A stretch of DNA of 64,000 nucleotides. It comes from a virus (Duplodnaviria; Caudoviricetes). A program made the position numbers and the translations under genes. The DNA is taken from IMG/VR virus record IMGVR_UViG_3300020577_004280, positions 64,001-128,000 of that record. One strand, 5' to 3'. Below are positions 28,740 through 38,628 of the stretch, piece after piece. Under the pieces are notes generated by a model. That model had not been told where the DNA came from, searched no databases, and was given only the letters and a program-made list of their open reading frames with translations. How positions within the stretch are numbered: position 1 is the stretch's first letter; the number at the start of each line of letters is the position of its first letter.

Positions 28740-29566
28740 TGTTTATTACACATTGTAGAGATTGTGCTTTTGCTGTATTTGCTAATAATAAACAAATCGG
28801 CTGTCAATACGATAGAATTGAAAAATTTAAAAATTTGGGAATGGAAGTAAAAGAAGTCACAGAAAATGATTTAACCTATTACTCTATTAATACCTTTTGT
28901 AATCATTGTGTAAATAAGGATGTGTGGGAAAAAACTGAAAATCGAGAAACCGCTTTATATAATTTTACAGCTATAAAAAATACATTTATTTTTATTGATG
29001 AACAAAATTCAGATTTTAGCCAAACTTACAATAAGTTATTAAGTTCATGCCATTCAGCTATATTTGCTGATATTAGACCAAAAAATATATTATATATTCT
29101 AACTAATGCTACAAGATTTAATAGTAAAGAAAATGAGTCATTACTTGACTTAATGAGGTCTATACTAAAAGATACAGGAATTGAATTCTCTATATCATAC
29201 CCACTTGAGGGCGATACGTGGAATGAATATTTATACCAAATTAAAGGAAAAATCAAAACTGATTATTTTTCAGTATTTGAATCTGGAGAGAAAATTTCGC
29301 CATACTTTAATACCCACTTAAATAATATACTTAATATTGATGTAATTAGTTTTATTGTAGTTTCAGCGGAAAAGAGCGGGTGGACAATTAATAGAAAATT
29401 CTTAGAAATCTTTGGTTGGCACAACCCTGTGTTCTGTGGACAAGCAATACTGGATGAAGTAGAATCTAACGAATATCAAAGCGAATTAGTTAAAAAATTA
29501 GTTATAAACGGGAAAGATATAGATTTTTATGCAAAACCCACCATTAGTGACCATCGTAATAGCTAA
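28739..29566 (+). CDS. hypothetical protein (Cys-rich N-terminus; possible degenerate GT-A fold)
   Basis: CRDC..C...CNHC; located within the glycosylation cluster. Confidence 0.55.
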   Translation: MFITHCRDCAFAVFANNKQIGCQYDRIEKFKNLGMEVKEVTENDLTYYSINTFCNHCVNKDVWEKTENRETALYNFTAIKNTFIFIDEQNSDFSQTYNKLLSSCHSAIFADIRPKNILYILTNATRFNSKENESLLDLMRSILKDTGIEFSISYPLEGDTWNEYLYQIKGKIKTDYFSVFESGEKISPYFNTHLNNILNIDVISFIVVSAEKSGWTINRKFLEIFGWHNPVFCGQAILDEVESNEYQSELVKKLVINGKDIDFYAKPTISDHRNS

Positions 29567-30323
29567 TAATAATTATGGTGATTATATCAATGATGCTATT
29601 ACAAGTGCGTTAGAACAGTCTTACCCAAATATTAATTTGGTAATTGTTGATGATTGTTCTACAGATGATTCTTGGCAAAAGATACACGAATTAATCTTTA
29701 AAAAGAGTCAACATAGCAAAGATACTCAAAAACTTTTTGAGAAAAAAGAATGTAATATAAGCCGCTCTAATTATAATACTAAAATCACGGCTTTTAGATT
29801 AAATCAACAACTTGGTCCTAGCGAAGCTAGAAATTTAGCTATTGAGTATTCAATTAATATTACAGATTACTATGCAATACTAGATGCTGACGATTATTAT
29901 TATAAAGACAAGATTATAGAATTAATAAATGTAGCTATACAATCAGAACAAATTGGTGTAGTTTATGGAGATTATGATATATATAATGTGGATACTAAAG
30001 TAAAAAACAGAGAATATAAAGAACCGTATTCTCTTAGAAGACTACAACAAGAATGCATAGTTCATAGCGGTGCTTTAATTAAAGCTAGTGTTTTAACAGA
30101 AGTAAAAGAAAATACTGGTTACTATGATGCTAACCTAAGATGTGCCGAAGATTACGATTTATGGCTAAGAATTAGCGAAAAATATATAATAATACATGTA
30201 CCAAAATCATTATCATTGGTGCGTACTCACCAGAACAACTCTACAAACAGCGTTAAAAAAGAAATTTGGGAACGTTGTTGGAATATGGTTGCTCAAAAAT
30301 TCAAAGAACGGAACAATGTCTAA
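29529..30323 (+). CDS. GT2 glycosyltransferase
   Basis: VTIVI..NN, VDDCSTD, GPSEARN, LDADD, EDYDLWLR. Confidence 0.92.
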   Translation: MQNPPLVTIVIANNNYGDYINDAITSALEQSYPNINLVIVDDCSTDDSWQKIHELIFKKSQHSKDTQKLFEKKECNISRSNYNTKITAFRLNQQLGPSEARNLAIEYSINITDYYAILDADDYYYKDKIIELINVAIQSEQIGVVYGDYDIYNVDTKVKNREYKEPYSLRRLQQECIVHSGALIKASVLTEVKENTGYYDANLRCAEDYDLWLRISEKYIIIHVPKSLSLVRTHQNNSTNSVKKEIWERCWNMVAQKFKERNNV

Positions 30324-31032
30324 TAATACAAAATGTATCCATTCAATCAAGAAAACCGGAGTCGGTAAGGATAAAGATAAAAAGCTAAGTATAGTTTTAC
30401 TTAATGCTTTATGCGCTCATCGTATGAAATCTTTTGGTCCAAGATGTTTATTAAAACTGAACACCGGGGAAAACCTCATAGACAGCCAGTTAAAAATTCT
30501 CAAGGAATGTTACCCAAACTCAGAGATTATCATCACTGTTGGCTTTGATAGTGAGCGTATTATCAAGAAAAAGATACCAAATGTCAGATTTGTAGAAAAT
30601 CAATTGCATGAAAATACTAATATTGGTGAAGAAATAAGATTGGGTGTGCATAACTGCGAAACTAACAATATTCTCTTGATACAAGGCGAAACAGTTTTTA
30701 CTCATACTATTATTGATAATATTACTAAACAAGGGTCATGTATAGTTTGTGTAGATAATATAAATAATGATGAAGATGATGTTGGAGCTACGATAGTAAA
30801 TGATAATCTGACAATTTTAGCACATGGTTTACAACCTAAATTTGGTGGAATTGCGTTTATTACAGACCCAGAAATTACATATTTTAAACACCACGTGTGT
30901 ATAAAAGAAAACTCTAATATGTATTTCTTTGAATTAATTAATTTATTAGCAGCTAGATTTCATAAAATTAAAGCTATACAGCAACCAGAAGAAAAAATTA
31001 TTAGAATTGAATCTATCAAGGATATTAGATAA
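30316..31032 (+). CDS. Sugar/choline-phosphate nucleotidyltransferase-like protein (LicC/GlmU-N fold), divergent
   Basis: IVLLNA..HRMKSFGPRCLL, VGF, VEN...TN, QGE in place of GD. Confidence 0.7.
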   Translation: MSNNTKCIHSIKKTGVGKDKDKKLSIVLLNALCAHRMKSFGPRCLLKLNTGENLIDSQLKILKECYPNSEIIITVGFDSERIIKKKIPNVRFVENQLHENTNIGEEIRLGVHNCETNNILLIQGETVFTHTIIDNITKQGSCIVCVDNINNDEDDVGATIVNDNLTILAHGLQPKFGGIAFITDPEITYFKHHVCIKENSNMYFFELINLLAARFHKIKAIQQPEEKIIRIESIKDIR

Positions 31033-31035
31033 AAC

Positions 31036-32097
31036 ATGAAAATCATTATCAGTAACGAAAATAAAAATGCCCACTATTATATCAGAATGGGTTTTGCAAA
31101 AGCTCTGTCTGCTTGTGGTCATGAAGTATTATTATGGGATTTAAACGAAAAAAGCGTGTTTGATGCGTTTGATGAACATCCTGATATGAATGTCTTGGTT
31201 ACTCAAACTTATAATGTGAATAAAGCTATGTATAAATGCCTTAAAGAAAGACCCTGGATAAAAGTAACAATGAAAGGGTCTGATTGGGGTATCGCTCAAG
31301 AAAACATGGATTTAAATAGATATCCCATTTTAGTTGCCAATCCAAGAGAAATAGAAACTATTCTAAAACTACATGACGAAACAGGTAAACCTGATTTTAT
31401 CGATATACATTACCATCAATCATCTGTGGAACAAACCCACTCTAAATGGATTGAAAAAGGTATAAAATGTGTTGGATTAATGAGCGGCGCCGATATTTCA
31501 GATTACCACGGCGGAAAAATAAAAGAAGAGTTAAAATGCGATATAGGATATATCGGAGGTTATTGGCCATATAAATCTCATACGTTAAACTCATATCTTA
31601 TTCCTTTATGTCAACCACAATATAATTATAGAATTAAAATTTTTGGAAATCAAAGTTGGGGAGTACCACAATATTGCGGGATGCTACCAACTGAAGAAGC
31701 TAAGAATCTATTTGTTTCAGCAAGTATATGTCCAAATATTAGTGAACCACACTCTCAAGTATATGGACATGATATAGTAGAACGACCGTTTAAACTACTA
31801 TCTGCTGGAGCTTTTATGATTACAGATTATGTCAAAAGCATGCAAGATAATGTTTTTGGTGATAATGTTGTTTATGCAAATTCTCCAGAAGATTTTAAAG
31901 AAAAAATTGATTTTTACTTGAAAAATCCAGAAAAACGATTAGACTATATTAGCCGTGGATACAATCATGTGATGAATAATCATACATATTTTCATCGAGC
32001 TATACAATTTTTTAATGAATTAGGCTTATCGTATGAAGCTGAAAAAGTCAAACAAGTTTATACTAAAATACAACAGGATATTAAATGCAAATCATAA
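31036..32097 (+). CDS. CgeB-like (Glyco_trans_1_2) glycosyltransferase
   Basis: CDIGYIG, ICPNI, ERPFK..AGAF.ITD, HTY.HR. Confidence 0.83.
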   Translation: MKIIISNENKNAHYYIRMGFAKALSACGHEVLLWDLNEKSVFDAFDEHPDMNVLVTQTYNVNKAMYKCLKERPWIKVTMKGSDWGIAQENMDLNRYPILVANPREIETILKLHDETGKPDFIDIHYHQSSVEQTHSKWIEKGIKCVGLMSGADISDYHGGKIKEELKCDIGYIGGYWPYKSHTLNSYLIPLCQPQYNYRIKIFGNQSWGVPQYCGMLPTEEAKNLFVSASICPNISEPHSQVYGHDIVERPFKLLSAGAFMITDYVKSMQDNVFGDNVVYANSPEDFKEKIDFYLKNPEKRLDYISRGYNHVMNNHTYFHRAIQFFNELGLSYEAEKVKQVYTKIQQDIKCKS

Positions 32098-32987
32098 ATG
32101 ATAAACGTATTCTTATTACTGGTGCAACAGGGTTTCTAGGTAGACACCTATTAGACTATCTTTATAGTGATAAAGTACATTTGAACACAAATTCACAAAT
32201 CAAGACTCTTAAATCTAGACTTAATGATATTAATGGGATTAAGGCGGAAATTGACGAATTCCAACCTAATGTAGTAGTCCATTTAGCAGCTATTCCTATA
32301 ATTAAACCAAATTCAGAACATCCAGATGAAATTATACAAACAAATATCAATGGAACCTTTAATCTTATCAATCTTGTACCAGACGGATGTAGATTTGTTT
32401 TTCTGTCTACAATTACTGTTTATGGCGACAAACCGGCTTATTTAGGTCAAATATATGAAAACACTACACTTGAGCCAACATCAATATATTCCGTTACAAA
32501 AATAGCTTGCGAAAATCTAATTAATGTTTACTCACAACAAGGTAAAATAGATGGATATTCATTAAGATTATGTGCTACTGTTGGTAAATATTCAACTCAT
32601 GGTATAGTTCACGATTTTGTTCACAAATTACGTTCTGAAAACCAATATCTTGAAGTTTTGGGCGATTTTCCTGGGTCAAAAAAACCGTTCTTATATCAAT
32701 CAGATGCTTGTAATGCTATAATAAAAACTATTAATTGTCTTGGTGGAAAACATAAAGAATTCAATATATGTAATTGGGATAATCTAACTGTATATGAGAT
32801 AGCTAAAGCTGTAATGGAAGGTTTAAATATTCATAAAGAAATAAAATGGTTGGGTAGTGCAGCTAATTGGAAAGGTGATAATAAACTAATTAATTGCTCA
32901 AACCATACGGCAGAAGTTTTCTTGGGTTGGAGACCTGAATTTTATAGCTACAACGCTATAGTAAAAACAGTGAGAGAATATGAATAA
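32085..32987 (+). CDS. NAD-dependent sugar epimerase/dehydratase (SDR)
   Basis: ITGATGFLG, HLAA, YSVTK. Confidence 0.9.
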   Translation: MQIINDKRILITGATGFLGRHLLDYLYSDKVHLNTNSQIKTLKSRLNDINGIKAEIDEFQPNVVVHLAAIPIIKPNSEHPDEIIQTNINGTFNLINLVPDGCRFVFLSTITVYGDKPAYLGQIYENTTLEPTSIYSVTKIACENLINVYSQQGKIDGYSLRLCATVGKYSTHGIVHDFVHKLRSENQYLEVLGDFPGSKKPFLYQSDACNAIIKTINCLGGKHKEFNICNWDNLTVYEIAKAVMEGLNIHKEIKWLGSAANWKGDNKLINCSNHTAEVFLGWRPEFYSYNAIVKTVREYE

Positions 32988-33651
32988 TATAATAGAAAAT
33001 ATCCCGGCTTTTTGTGTCCTTTTAGATAAAAGAATAGAATTTTGGCCAGAATTAGAATCACAATTCAAGAATGTTGGAATTAATCTTAAAGGATTACTAG
33101 TTGGAAAAGAAAAAATGAATTATGAATACTTCCATCATGATGTTAATGAAAAGCCACCAATATACGATACCACTAATCAATATCCTTCTTGGGTAAATGG
33201 TACTAATGCATTTAACGCATGGATATCCCATAAAAAAATATTACAATTTGCATATCACATAAATTGTGATAAAATAATGATAGTGGAAGACGATGTTAAA
33301 ATAGAGTCAGATTTTCAAGATATTATGCAAGATGTCAATCAATATTTTGAGCATCGCTCTTTTGATATGCTACAGTTTGGTGGATATCATCATAATAATA
33401 CTATCAAAGTATCAGACCATGTAGTAAAAACTCAAGCAAGCGGTGGATGGCACGGTGTTATAATCTCAAAAAGTATAATTCCACTTCTACTAAGTTTTGA
33501 ACCAATAGGACCGTTCGACTGGATATGCGAACAATTTATCCAACCAAAGTATGACTGTTATTGTATTCATCCCGGTATCATTAATCAAAAAGATGGTTTT
33601 TCATTCGTAGAAAATTCAAATTTAACCAAACCAGATAGGTATACACTATGA
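32980..33651 (+). CDS. GT25-like glycosyltransferase
   Basis: LDKR, SH..I, IVEDD, D-W near the C-terminus. Confidence 0.75.
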   Translation: MNNIIENIPAFCVLLDKRIEFWPELESQFKNVGINLKGLLVGKEKMNYEYFHHDVNEKPPIYDTTNQYPSWVNGTNAFNAWISHKKILQFAYHINCDKIMIVEDDVKIESDFQDIMQDVNQYFEHRSFDMLQFGGYHHNNTIKVSDHVVKTQASGGWHGVIISKSIIPLLLSFEPIGPFDWICEQFIQPKYDCYCIHPGIINQKDGFSFVENSNLTKPDRYTL

Positions 33652-34208
33652 TAGATGTTCCAGTTCTCATGTCTATTGAAGCTAGAGAAGATGTTTTTGA
33701 CTTTGTTGCTCACCAAGCTAAAGATGGTATGAATTTTGTAGAAATTGGTTCTTTTATTGGTGGTAGTATTTGTTATTTTGGACAAAAATTAAGACAATTA
33801 GACAAACATGTTAATCTAACAGCGGTTGACACATGGAAATTCGACAATATTTCTACCGGACATTTACAACTGGTAGAAAACAATGATTATTATCAAGCTT
33901 TCCTGCAAAATGTTGCTAAATGTGGATTATCTGTACAAACTGTAGTATCAGATTCTATAGCTGCCGCCGAAAAATTTGATGATGAAAGTATAGATTTTCT
34001 TTTCATTGATGGTTGTCATGAATATCCTTATACTGAAAACGAGCTAAAAGTTTGGCTACCTAAAATGAAGAAAAATTCTGTTATCGCTGGACACGATTAC
34101 GAAGACGCGGCTATTAAAAAAGCCGTAGCTAATGTGCTGGGCGAAATTAGAACAACACGATTAAATCACGAATGCTATCTTAAAGTATTGGGTGAAGGAT
34201 TAGCATGA
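33648..34208 (+). CDS. Class I SAM methyltransferase (Methyltransf_24-like)
   Basis: VEIGSFIGGS, AVDTW, FIDGCHEY, GHDY. Confidence 0.88.
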   Translation: MIDVPVLMSIEAREDVFDFVAHQAKDGMNFVEIGSFIGGSICYFGQKLRQLDKHVNLTAVDTWKFDNISTGHLQLVENNDYYQAFLQNVAKCGLSVQTVVSDSIAAAEKFDDESIDFLFIDGCHEYPYTENELKVWLPKMKKNSVIAGHDYEDAAIKKAVANVLGEIRTTRLNHECYLKVLGEGLA

Positions 34209-34855
34209 GTCTTCCAACTTTAGTAGACCACTGTACATATCAAGAAATATTCGATAAAGTTATAGAATCTGCTGATGACGGTATAGTAATTGTTGAAATA
34301 GGTGTTTTTGTCGGTGGCTCGGTTTGTTATCTTAGTCAAAAACTTAAAGAAAAAAATATAGATTATAAAATCATAGCTATTGATAATTTTAAATTTAGTA
34401 ATATATCTACACAAGATAATGAAAAATATGCTCAAAATTTACAACCATATATAGCTTATTCTAATAATATTCGTAAATTTAAAGCTAATGTTATTACAAT
34501 GATTGGTGATTCAATAGAAATTAGTCAATTATTTAAAGACAATACTATAGATTTTCTATATATAGACGGTGACCATTCAGAGTATTGTATTAAAGAACTA
34601 AAACAATGGTTACCAAAAATGAAAGAAAATTCATTAATAGCTGGTCATGATTATGACGGGTCAGCACACGTAAGGAAAGCATGTAAGAAATATTTAGGTA
34701 TATTTCGAATAACTAGTAACAATGCTTCATATTATAAACAAATAGGAGAAGGTATCTTGAACAAAAAGAAAATAATTACACCAAAAACAAAAGCAAGAAT
34801 ATTTTTATATTTTTATAGTTGGTATAAATGGTTTATGGGATTGGTAGGTAAATAA
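34205..34855 (+). CDS. Class I SAM methyltransferase (Methyltransf_24-like), paralog of the upstream gene
   Basis: VEIGVFVGGS, YIDGDH, WLPKMK, GHDY. Confidence 0.88.
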   Translation: MSLPTLVDHCTYQEIFDKVIESADDGIVIVEIGVFVGGSVCYLSQKLKEKNIDYKIIAIDNFKFSNISTQDNEKYAQNLQPYIAYSNNIRKFKANVITMIGDSIEISQLFKDNTIDFLYIDGDHSEYCIKELKQWLPKMKENSLIAGHDYDGSAHVRKACKKYLGIFRITSNNASYYKQIGEGILNKKKIITPKTKARIFLYFYSWYKWFMGLVGK

Positions 34856-35547
34856 TGGAATTATGTCCTTGTGATATTAGAACTCATAGTTTTGCTCAAT
34901 TAATTAGAGAGATTGAATCTAAAGGTTATTCACCAATTAAAAGTAAAGACGTTATTCATATCGGGGCACATGATGGGATAGAAGCAGACATTTACGACTA
35001 TTTTGGCGCGAAATCTGTGTTCTGGTTTGAATGTAATCCATACGTATTCCCTAATTTACTTAAACGTATTAACGAAAAAACCCGGCCAGCTAAACACTTA
35101 GCTTATCAGGCAGCTTTATGGAGCGAAGCCGGTAAAACATTAGATTTTAACTTTTATAGAGATAAACGCGATGGTGCTTCAGGATTCTATCTTCCAGAGA
35201 AAATGTTTGACTACATCAAAGACTGTCCTTTATTAGAAGAAAAAATTCAAATTAAAACTAATACATTAGATAACTATATTAATGATGGTATTATTGATAT
35301 ATCAAATATTTCATTGTTAAATCTAGATGTACAGGGTGCTGAATTAGAGGTCTTTAAAGGCGCTAACGTTCTGTTAAATAAGTCTTCTCTTAAATTTATT
35401 TGGTGTGAAGTATCTTGGGATAAAGTATATAAAGACGCACCGGTAATGGATGATATCACCACATATCTTAACAAGTTTGGATTCCAGTTCGGTGGATTAA
35501 GAAAAGACTGGGAAATTCATGGTGATGCTTTATATTGGAGAGATTAA
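34855..35547 (+). CDS. FkbM-family methyltransferase
   Basis: IHIGAHDG, FECNP, TLD, LNLDVQGAELEV.KG, GDALY. Confidence 0.9.
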   Translation: MELCPCDIRTHSFAQLIREIESKGYSPIKSKDVIHIGAHDGIEADIYDYFGAKSVFWFECNPYVFPNLLKRINEKTRPAKHLAYQAALWSEAGKTLDFNFYRDKRDGASGFYLPEKMFDYIKDCPLLEEKIQIKTNTLDNYINDGIIDISNISLLNLDVQGAELEVFKGANVLLNKSSLKFIWCEVSWDKVYKDAPVMDDITTYLNKFGFQFGGLRKDWEIHGDALYWRD

Positions 35548-36446
35548 TGAGAATTATAGATACATTTTTGTTCAGTGAACCACACGAAAAAGAATTACTA
35601 CTAACCAAATTTCATCTGGAAGATTTGGGTGTAGATAAATGGGTTATACTTGAAAGTCCTTATACGTTTCAAGGTGAATATAAAGGATTACATGTTAGTA
35701 AAATATTAAACGAAGATATTAGATTTCAACCGTTTGTCGATAAAATTATAGTAATTAACCCAGCTAAAGACTTTACACCATTACACGGCAATACAAATGA
35801 TGAAGGAAAGAATTTTGACCGCGAAAACGCTCAACGAGCTATGGTTTTAGGTCTAATTCATGAATTAGCTGACAATGATTGGGTTATGATATCTGATACC
35901 GATGAAGCGGTAGATTTCTCTGACATAACACGAAAAAATAACGTACTGTATTATTTAAATGGTCAAAGTTTTTGTGATATGTTCAAATTACAAAGACAAA
36001 GATACTGGTTTGATTTCGATAATAAATGTTTCTTACCAAATATTCATATACCTTTAGTTAAAGCCGGATTAATTAAGCAAAACAGTCAATGTATTATGGC
36101 TAGACACTTTGACCATATTCCTAAAGTAAATTTTGACGATAAACCGGTCGCGTTCGAGTATTCATACTGTTTTCCTTCTTTTGAAGACGTATGGCGTAAA
36201 AAATGCACATATAGTCATACAGGATTTACACAGGAAAGTGTGAGAACAGCACTAGAATGTAATCATTGGCCACGTTCAGAACTACGTGGAGAAAAAGTAG
36301 GTCAAGAGCCTTACGATTTCTTTGAGAAAGTAGAACTAACAGAAGAGAATTCTCCAAAGTACGTTAGAGAAAACCTAGAAAAATTGAGAACAAATATAGT
36401 AAATCCAAATTATAAGGAAGCGAGAGTGGCCAGATATGGGGTTTGA
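35547..36446 (+). CDS. GT17-like (MGAT3-type GlcNAc transferase) glycosyltransferase
   Basis: IIDTFLF...E.ELL, VILES..TFQG, RENAQR, ISDTDE. Confidence 0.78.
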   Translation: MRIIDTFLFSEPHEKELLLTKFHLEDLGVDKWVILESPYTFQGEYKGLHVSKILNEDIRFQPFVDKIIVINPAKDFTPLHGNTNDEGKNFDRENAQRAMVLGLIHELADNDWVMISDTDEAVDFSDITRKNNVLYYLNGQSFCDMFKLQRQRYWFDFDNKCFLPNIHIPLVKAGLIKQNSQCIMARHFDHIPKVNFDDKPVAFEYSYCFPSFEDVWRKKCTYSHTGFTQESVRTALECNHWPRSELRGEKVGQEPYDFFEKVELTEENSPKYVRENLEKLRTNIVNPNYKEARVARYGV

Positions 36447-37083
36447 GTTCTATCATAATCATGAGATGAGTGTATTTGCCAATCTAATTCCATCAAATGG
36501 TCAGTTTTTAGAAACCGGTGTGTGTACTGGCAATTCAGCCAATCTTATGTTGGAGCATCTAAAATCAGCTAATTTTTCTGCGTATTTTGGATTTGACAGC
36601 TTTATTGGATTACCAGCACCGCGTAACGAATGGATATCTCCAGATTGGCATGAAGGAAGTTTTGATGCTGTAGAACACTTTAAAGCAGCGAGTGTAGATG
36701 ATGTAAAGACAATCATTCATAATCTTCTAGACCCTCATGGTGTTCCTATTACACTTATTGATGGATGGTATTCAGACACATTAAATCAAGATACTATTAA
36801 AAAATTTGGTATCAATAAAGCGAGTTATGTAAATATAGATGTAGACTATTATAGTTCAACAATTGAAGTATTAGATTTCCTATTTAAGTATGATTTACTA
36901 ATGGAAAATACTGTTATAAGATATGATGATTGGTTGAGTGGTCCAGAGTGGCAAACATGTAATAGTAAAGCACATTTAGAAAAAATAAATGAATACGGTA
37001 TTCTATTTAATAGAATTGGAACAAACGTATTTCAATATATAGGCAAAACAAAGGACTTTTCGTTCGGAAATTCAATAACATAG
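36436..37083 (+). CDS. TylF/MycF-like sugar O-methyltransferase
   Basis: LETGV..G.S, GFDSFIGLP, GWYSDTL, NIDVDYYSS, YDDW. Confidence 0.85.
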   Translation: MGFEFYHNHEMSVFANLIPSNGQFLETGVCTGNSANLMLEHLKSANFSAYFGFDSFIGLPAPRNEWISPDWHEGSFDAVEHFKAASVDDVKTIIHNLLDPHGVPITLIDGWYSDTLNQDTIKKFGINKASYVNIDVDYYSSTIEVLDFLFKYDLLMENTVIRYDDWLSGPEWQTCNSKAHLEKINEYGILFNRIGTNVFQYIGKTKDFSFGNSIT

Positions 37084-37113
37084 AGAGAACGCTCATTACC
37101 ATATGAGGTAACC

Positions 37114-38049
37114 GTGAAAGGTTTAAGATTAGGAATAACTGGTGTTGGCGGATATATTGGTAATGTCTTAGCAAGACAATTATTAGCTGCCGGTGCCGAA
37201 GTAGTTGGTATGGACAATTTCCACAAAGGACAATGTGACGCTTTAATTGGTTTAGTCACAAATCCAAACTTTACATTCCAATATGGAGATGTAACAAAAG
37301 AAAAGGATGTGGAAAAATTGACACAAAAATTGGACGGAGTTTTTCATTTAGCTGGTATTGTAGGATTTCCAGCTTGTGATAGACAGCCTGCTTTGTCGCA
37401 TAATGTAAATGTTGATGGAACCAAAATTATAGCTAAACACTGTGGTTCAATACCAGTGGTCAACTATAGTTCTGGCTCAGTGTACGGTGCTTTAGCAGAA
37501 ATTTGCACAGAAGAAAGCCCAATTAATACAACAACGTTATACGGTTTACAAAAATACGAAGCAGAACAAATCATCAACGAATTACCAAATAGTGTGTCAT
37601 TAAGATTCGCTACAGGTATGGGATTGGGAGAAACTGTTAGAGTCAACCTTTTGGTCAACGACCTAGTGTACCAAGCGGTACACAATAGGGTAATCGACGT
37701 ATTTGAAAGACACGCTAGAAGAACATTTATTCATGTACGTCATATGGCTAGAGCCTCTATTCTTTGTATGGATAAATTACTTAAAAATGAACTAAAATAC
37801 AAAGTGTATAACGTTGGCGACAATAACATGAATTGTACTAAAGGTTCATTAACAGAGATGGTCAAAGAAAAAACCGGATGTTTTGTTAATTACATTGAAT
37901 TTGGCAAAGATAAAGATTGTCGTGACTATGAAGTAGATTATAGTAAAATTAATGCTGAAGGATTTAAATGCGAAATTTCCTTAGAGCAAGGAATTGACGA
38001 ATTAATTAAAGCGGCTCCACTAATATATATTAGAAATAGATTTGAATAA
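37114..38049 (+). CDS. NAD-dependent sugar epimerase/dehydratase (SDR)
   Basis: ITGVGGYIG, HLAGIVGFPAC, YGLQK, RTFIHV. Confidence 0.9.
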   Translation: MKGLRLGITGVGGYIGNVLARQLLAAGAEVVGMDNFHKGQCDALIGLVTNPNFTFQYGDVTKEKDVEKLTQKLDGVFHLAGIVGFPACDRQPALSHNVNVDGTKIIAKHCGSIPVVNYSSGSVYGALAEICTEESPINTTTLYGLQKYEAEQIINELPNSVSLRFATGMGLGETVRVNLLVNDLVYQAVHNRVIDVFERHARRTFIHVRHMARASILCMDKLLKNELKYKVYNVGDNNMNCTKGSLTEMVKEKTGCFVNYIEFGKDKDCRDYEVDYSKINAEGFKCEISLEQGIDELIKAAPLIYIRNRFE

Positions 38050-38058
38050 GGAGAAAAA

Positions 38059-38628
38059 ATGAAAGTATACGTAGCAAAAACAAGAACAGAAAATAGAATA
38101 AATTCTGGAGAATTTGTAGTAGCATATAACGAAGAAGATTTGGTACTACCAAGTTTTGCAAATTTAAATGTTCTACTAGAGTTATCCGATATTAGTTTTT
38201 ATCACGTTGGTTTTAAGATGGGTGAAGTTCTCACTAGTCTAAGAAATCTTTTACCAAACGCTAAACTTGGTGGAGCAGAACTAGAAGATTTATATGCTGC
38301 TTATTCGCATAAATTATTTAATAATCGTGACTCTAACATTAATATGGAAGTACGTAATTTCCTAGAATCAACCGCTGGTGATAAATATGAGGTTGTGTTT
38401 TCTACAGAATTACTTGGTAAATACGGGTTAGATGACCAAAAACGAATGGTTAATAATATGTTGGCAGCTTCTACTAAGTATGTTGCTTTCCTAGAACCAA
38501 CAAACGCTGATTTATGCGGTTATATTGAATTTTTAGGACACGAAGTTAATAATACAACTGATGGTTTTATTGTAGTTACTAAAGTAGAAAAGAAAAATGA
38601 CACAAAATCAAATACAAAAGACAAGTAA
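38059..38628 (+). CDS. degenerate methyltransferase-like protein
   Basis: YHVGFKMG, GAEL, YEVVFS, KYVAFLE follow the class I MTase strand order; AAGGAG RBS. Confidence 0.5.
   Translation: MKVYVAKTRTENRINSGEFVVAYNEEDLVLPSFANLNVLLELSDISFYHVGFKMGEVLTSLRNLLPNAKLGGAELEDLYAAYSHKLFNNRDSNINMEVRNFLESTAGDKYEVVFSTELLGKYGLDDQKRMVNNMLAASTKYVAFLEPTNADLCGYIEFLGHEVNNTTDGFIVVTKVEKKNDTKSNTKDK

Noticed and set aside
6451-37116. TAG stops in frame with the next gene (6451-6453 before recA; 37081-37083 before the epimerase), hinting at amber recoding
   Set aside because: Long conserved genes are not fragmented by TAG. Other TAG stops (41830, 47570, 56692) are out of frame with the next gene, and the last two overlap its RBS. 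The standard code fits.
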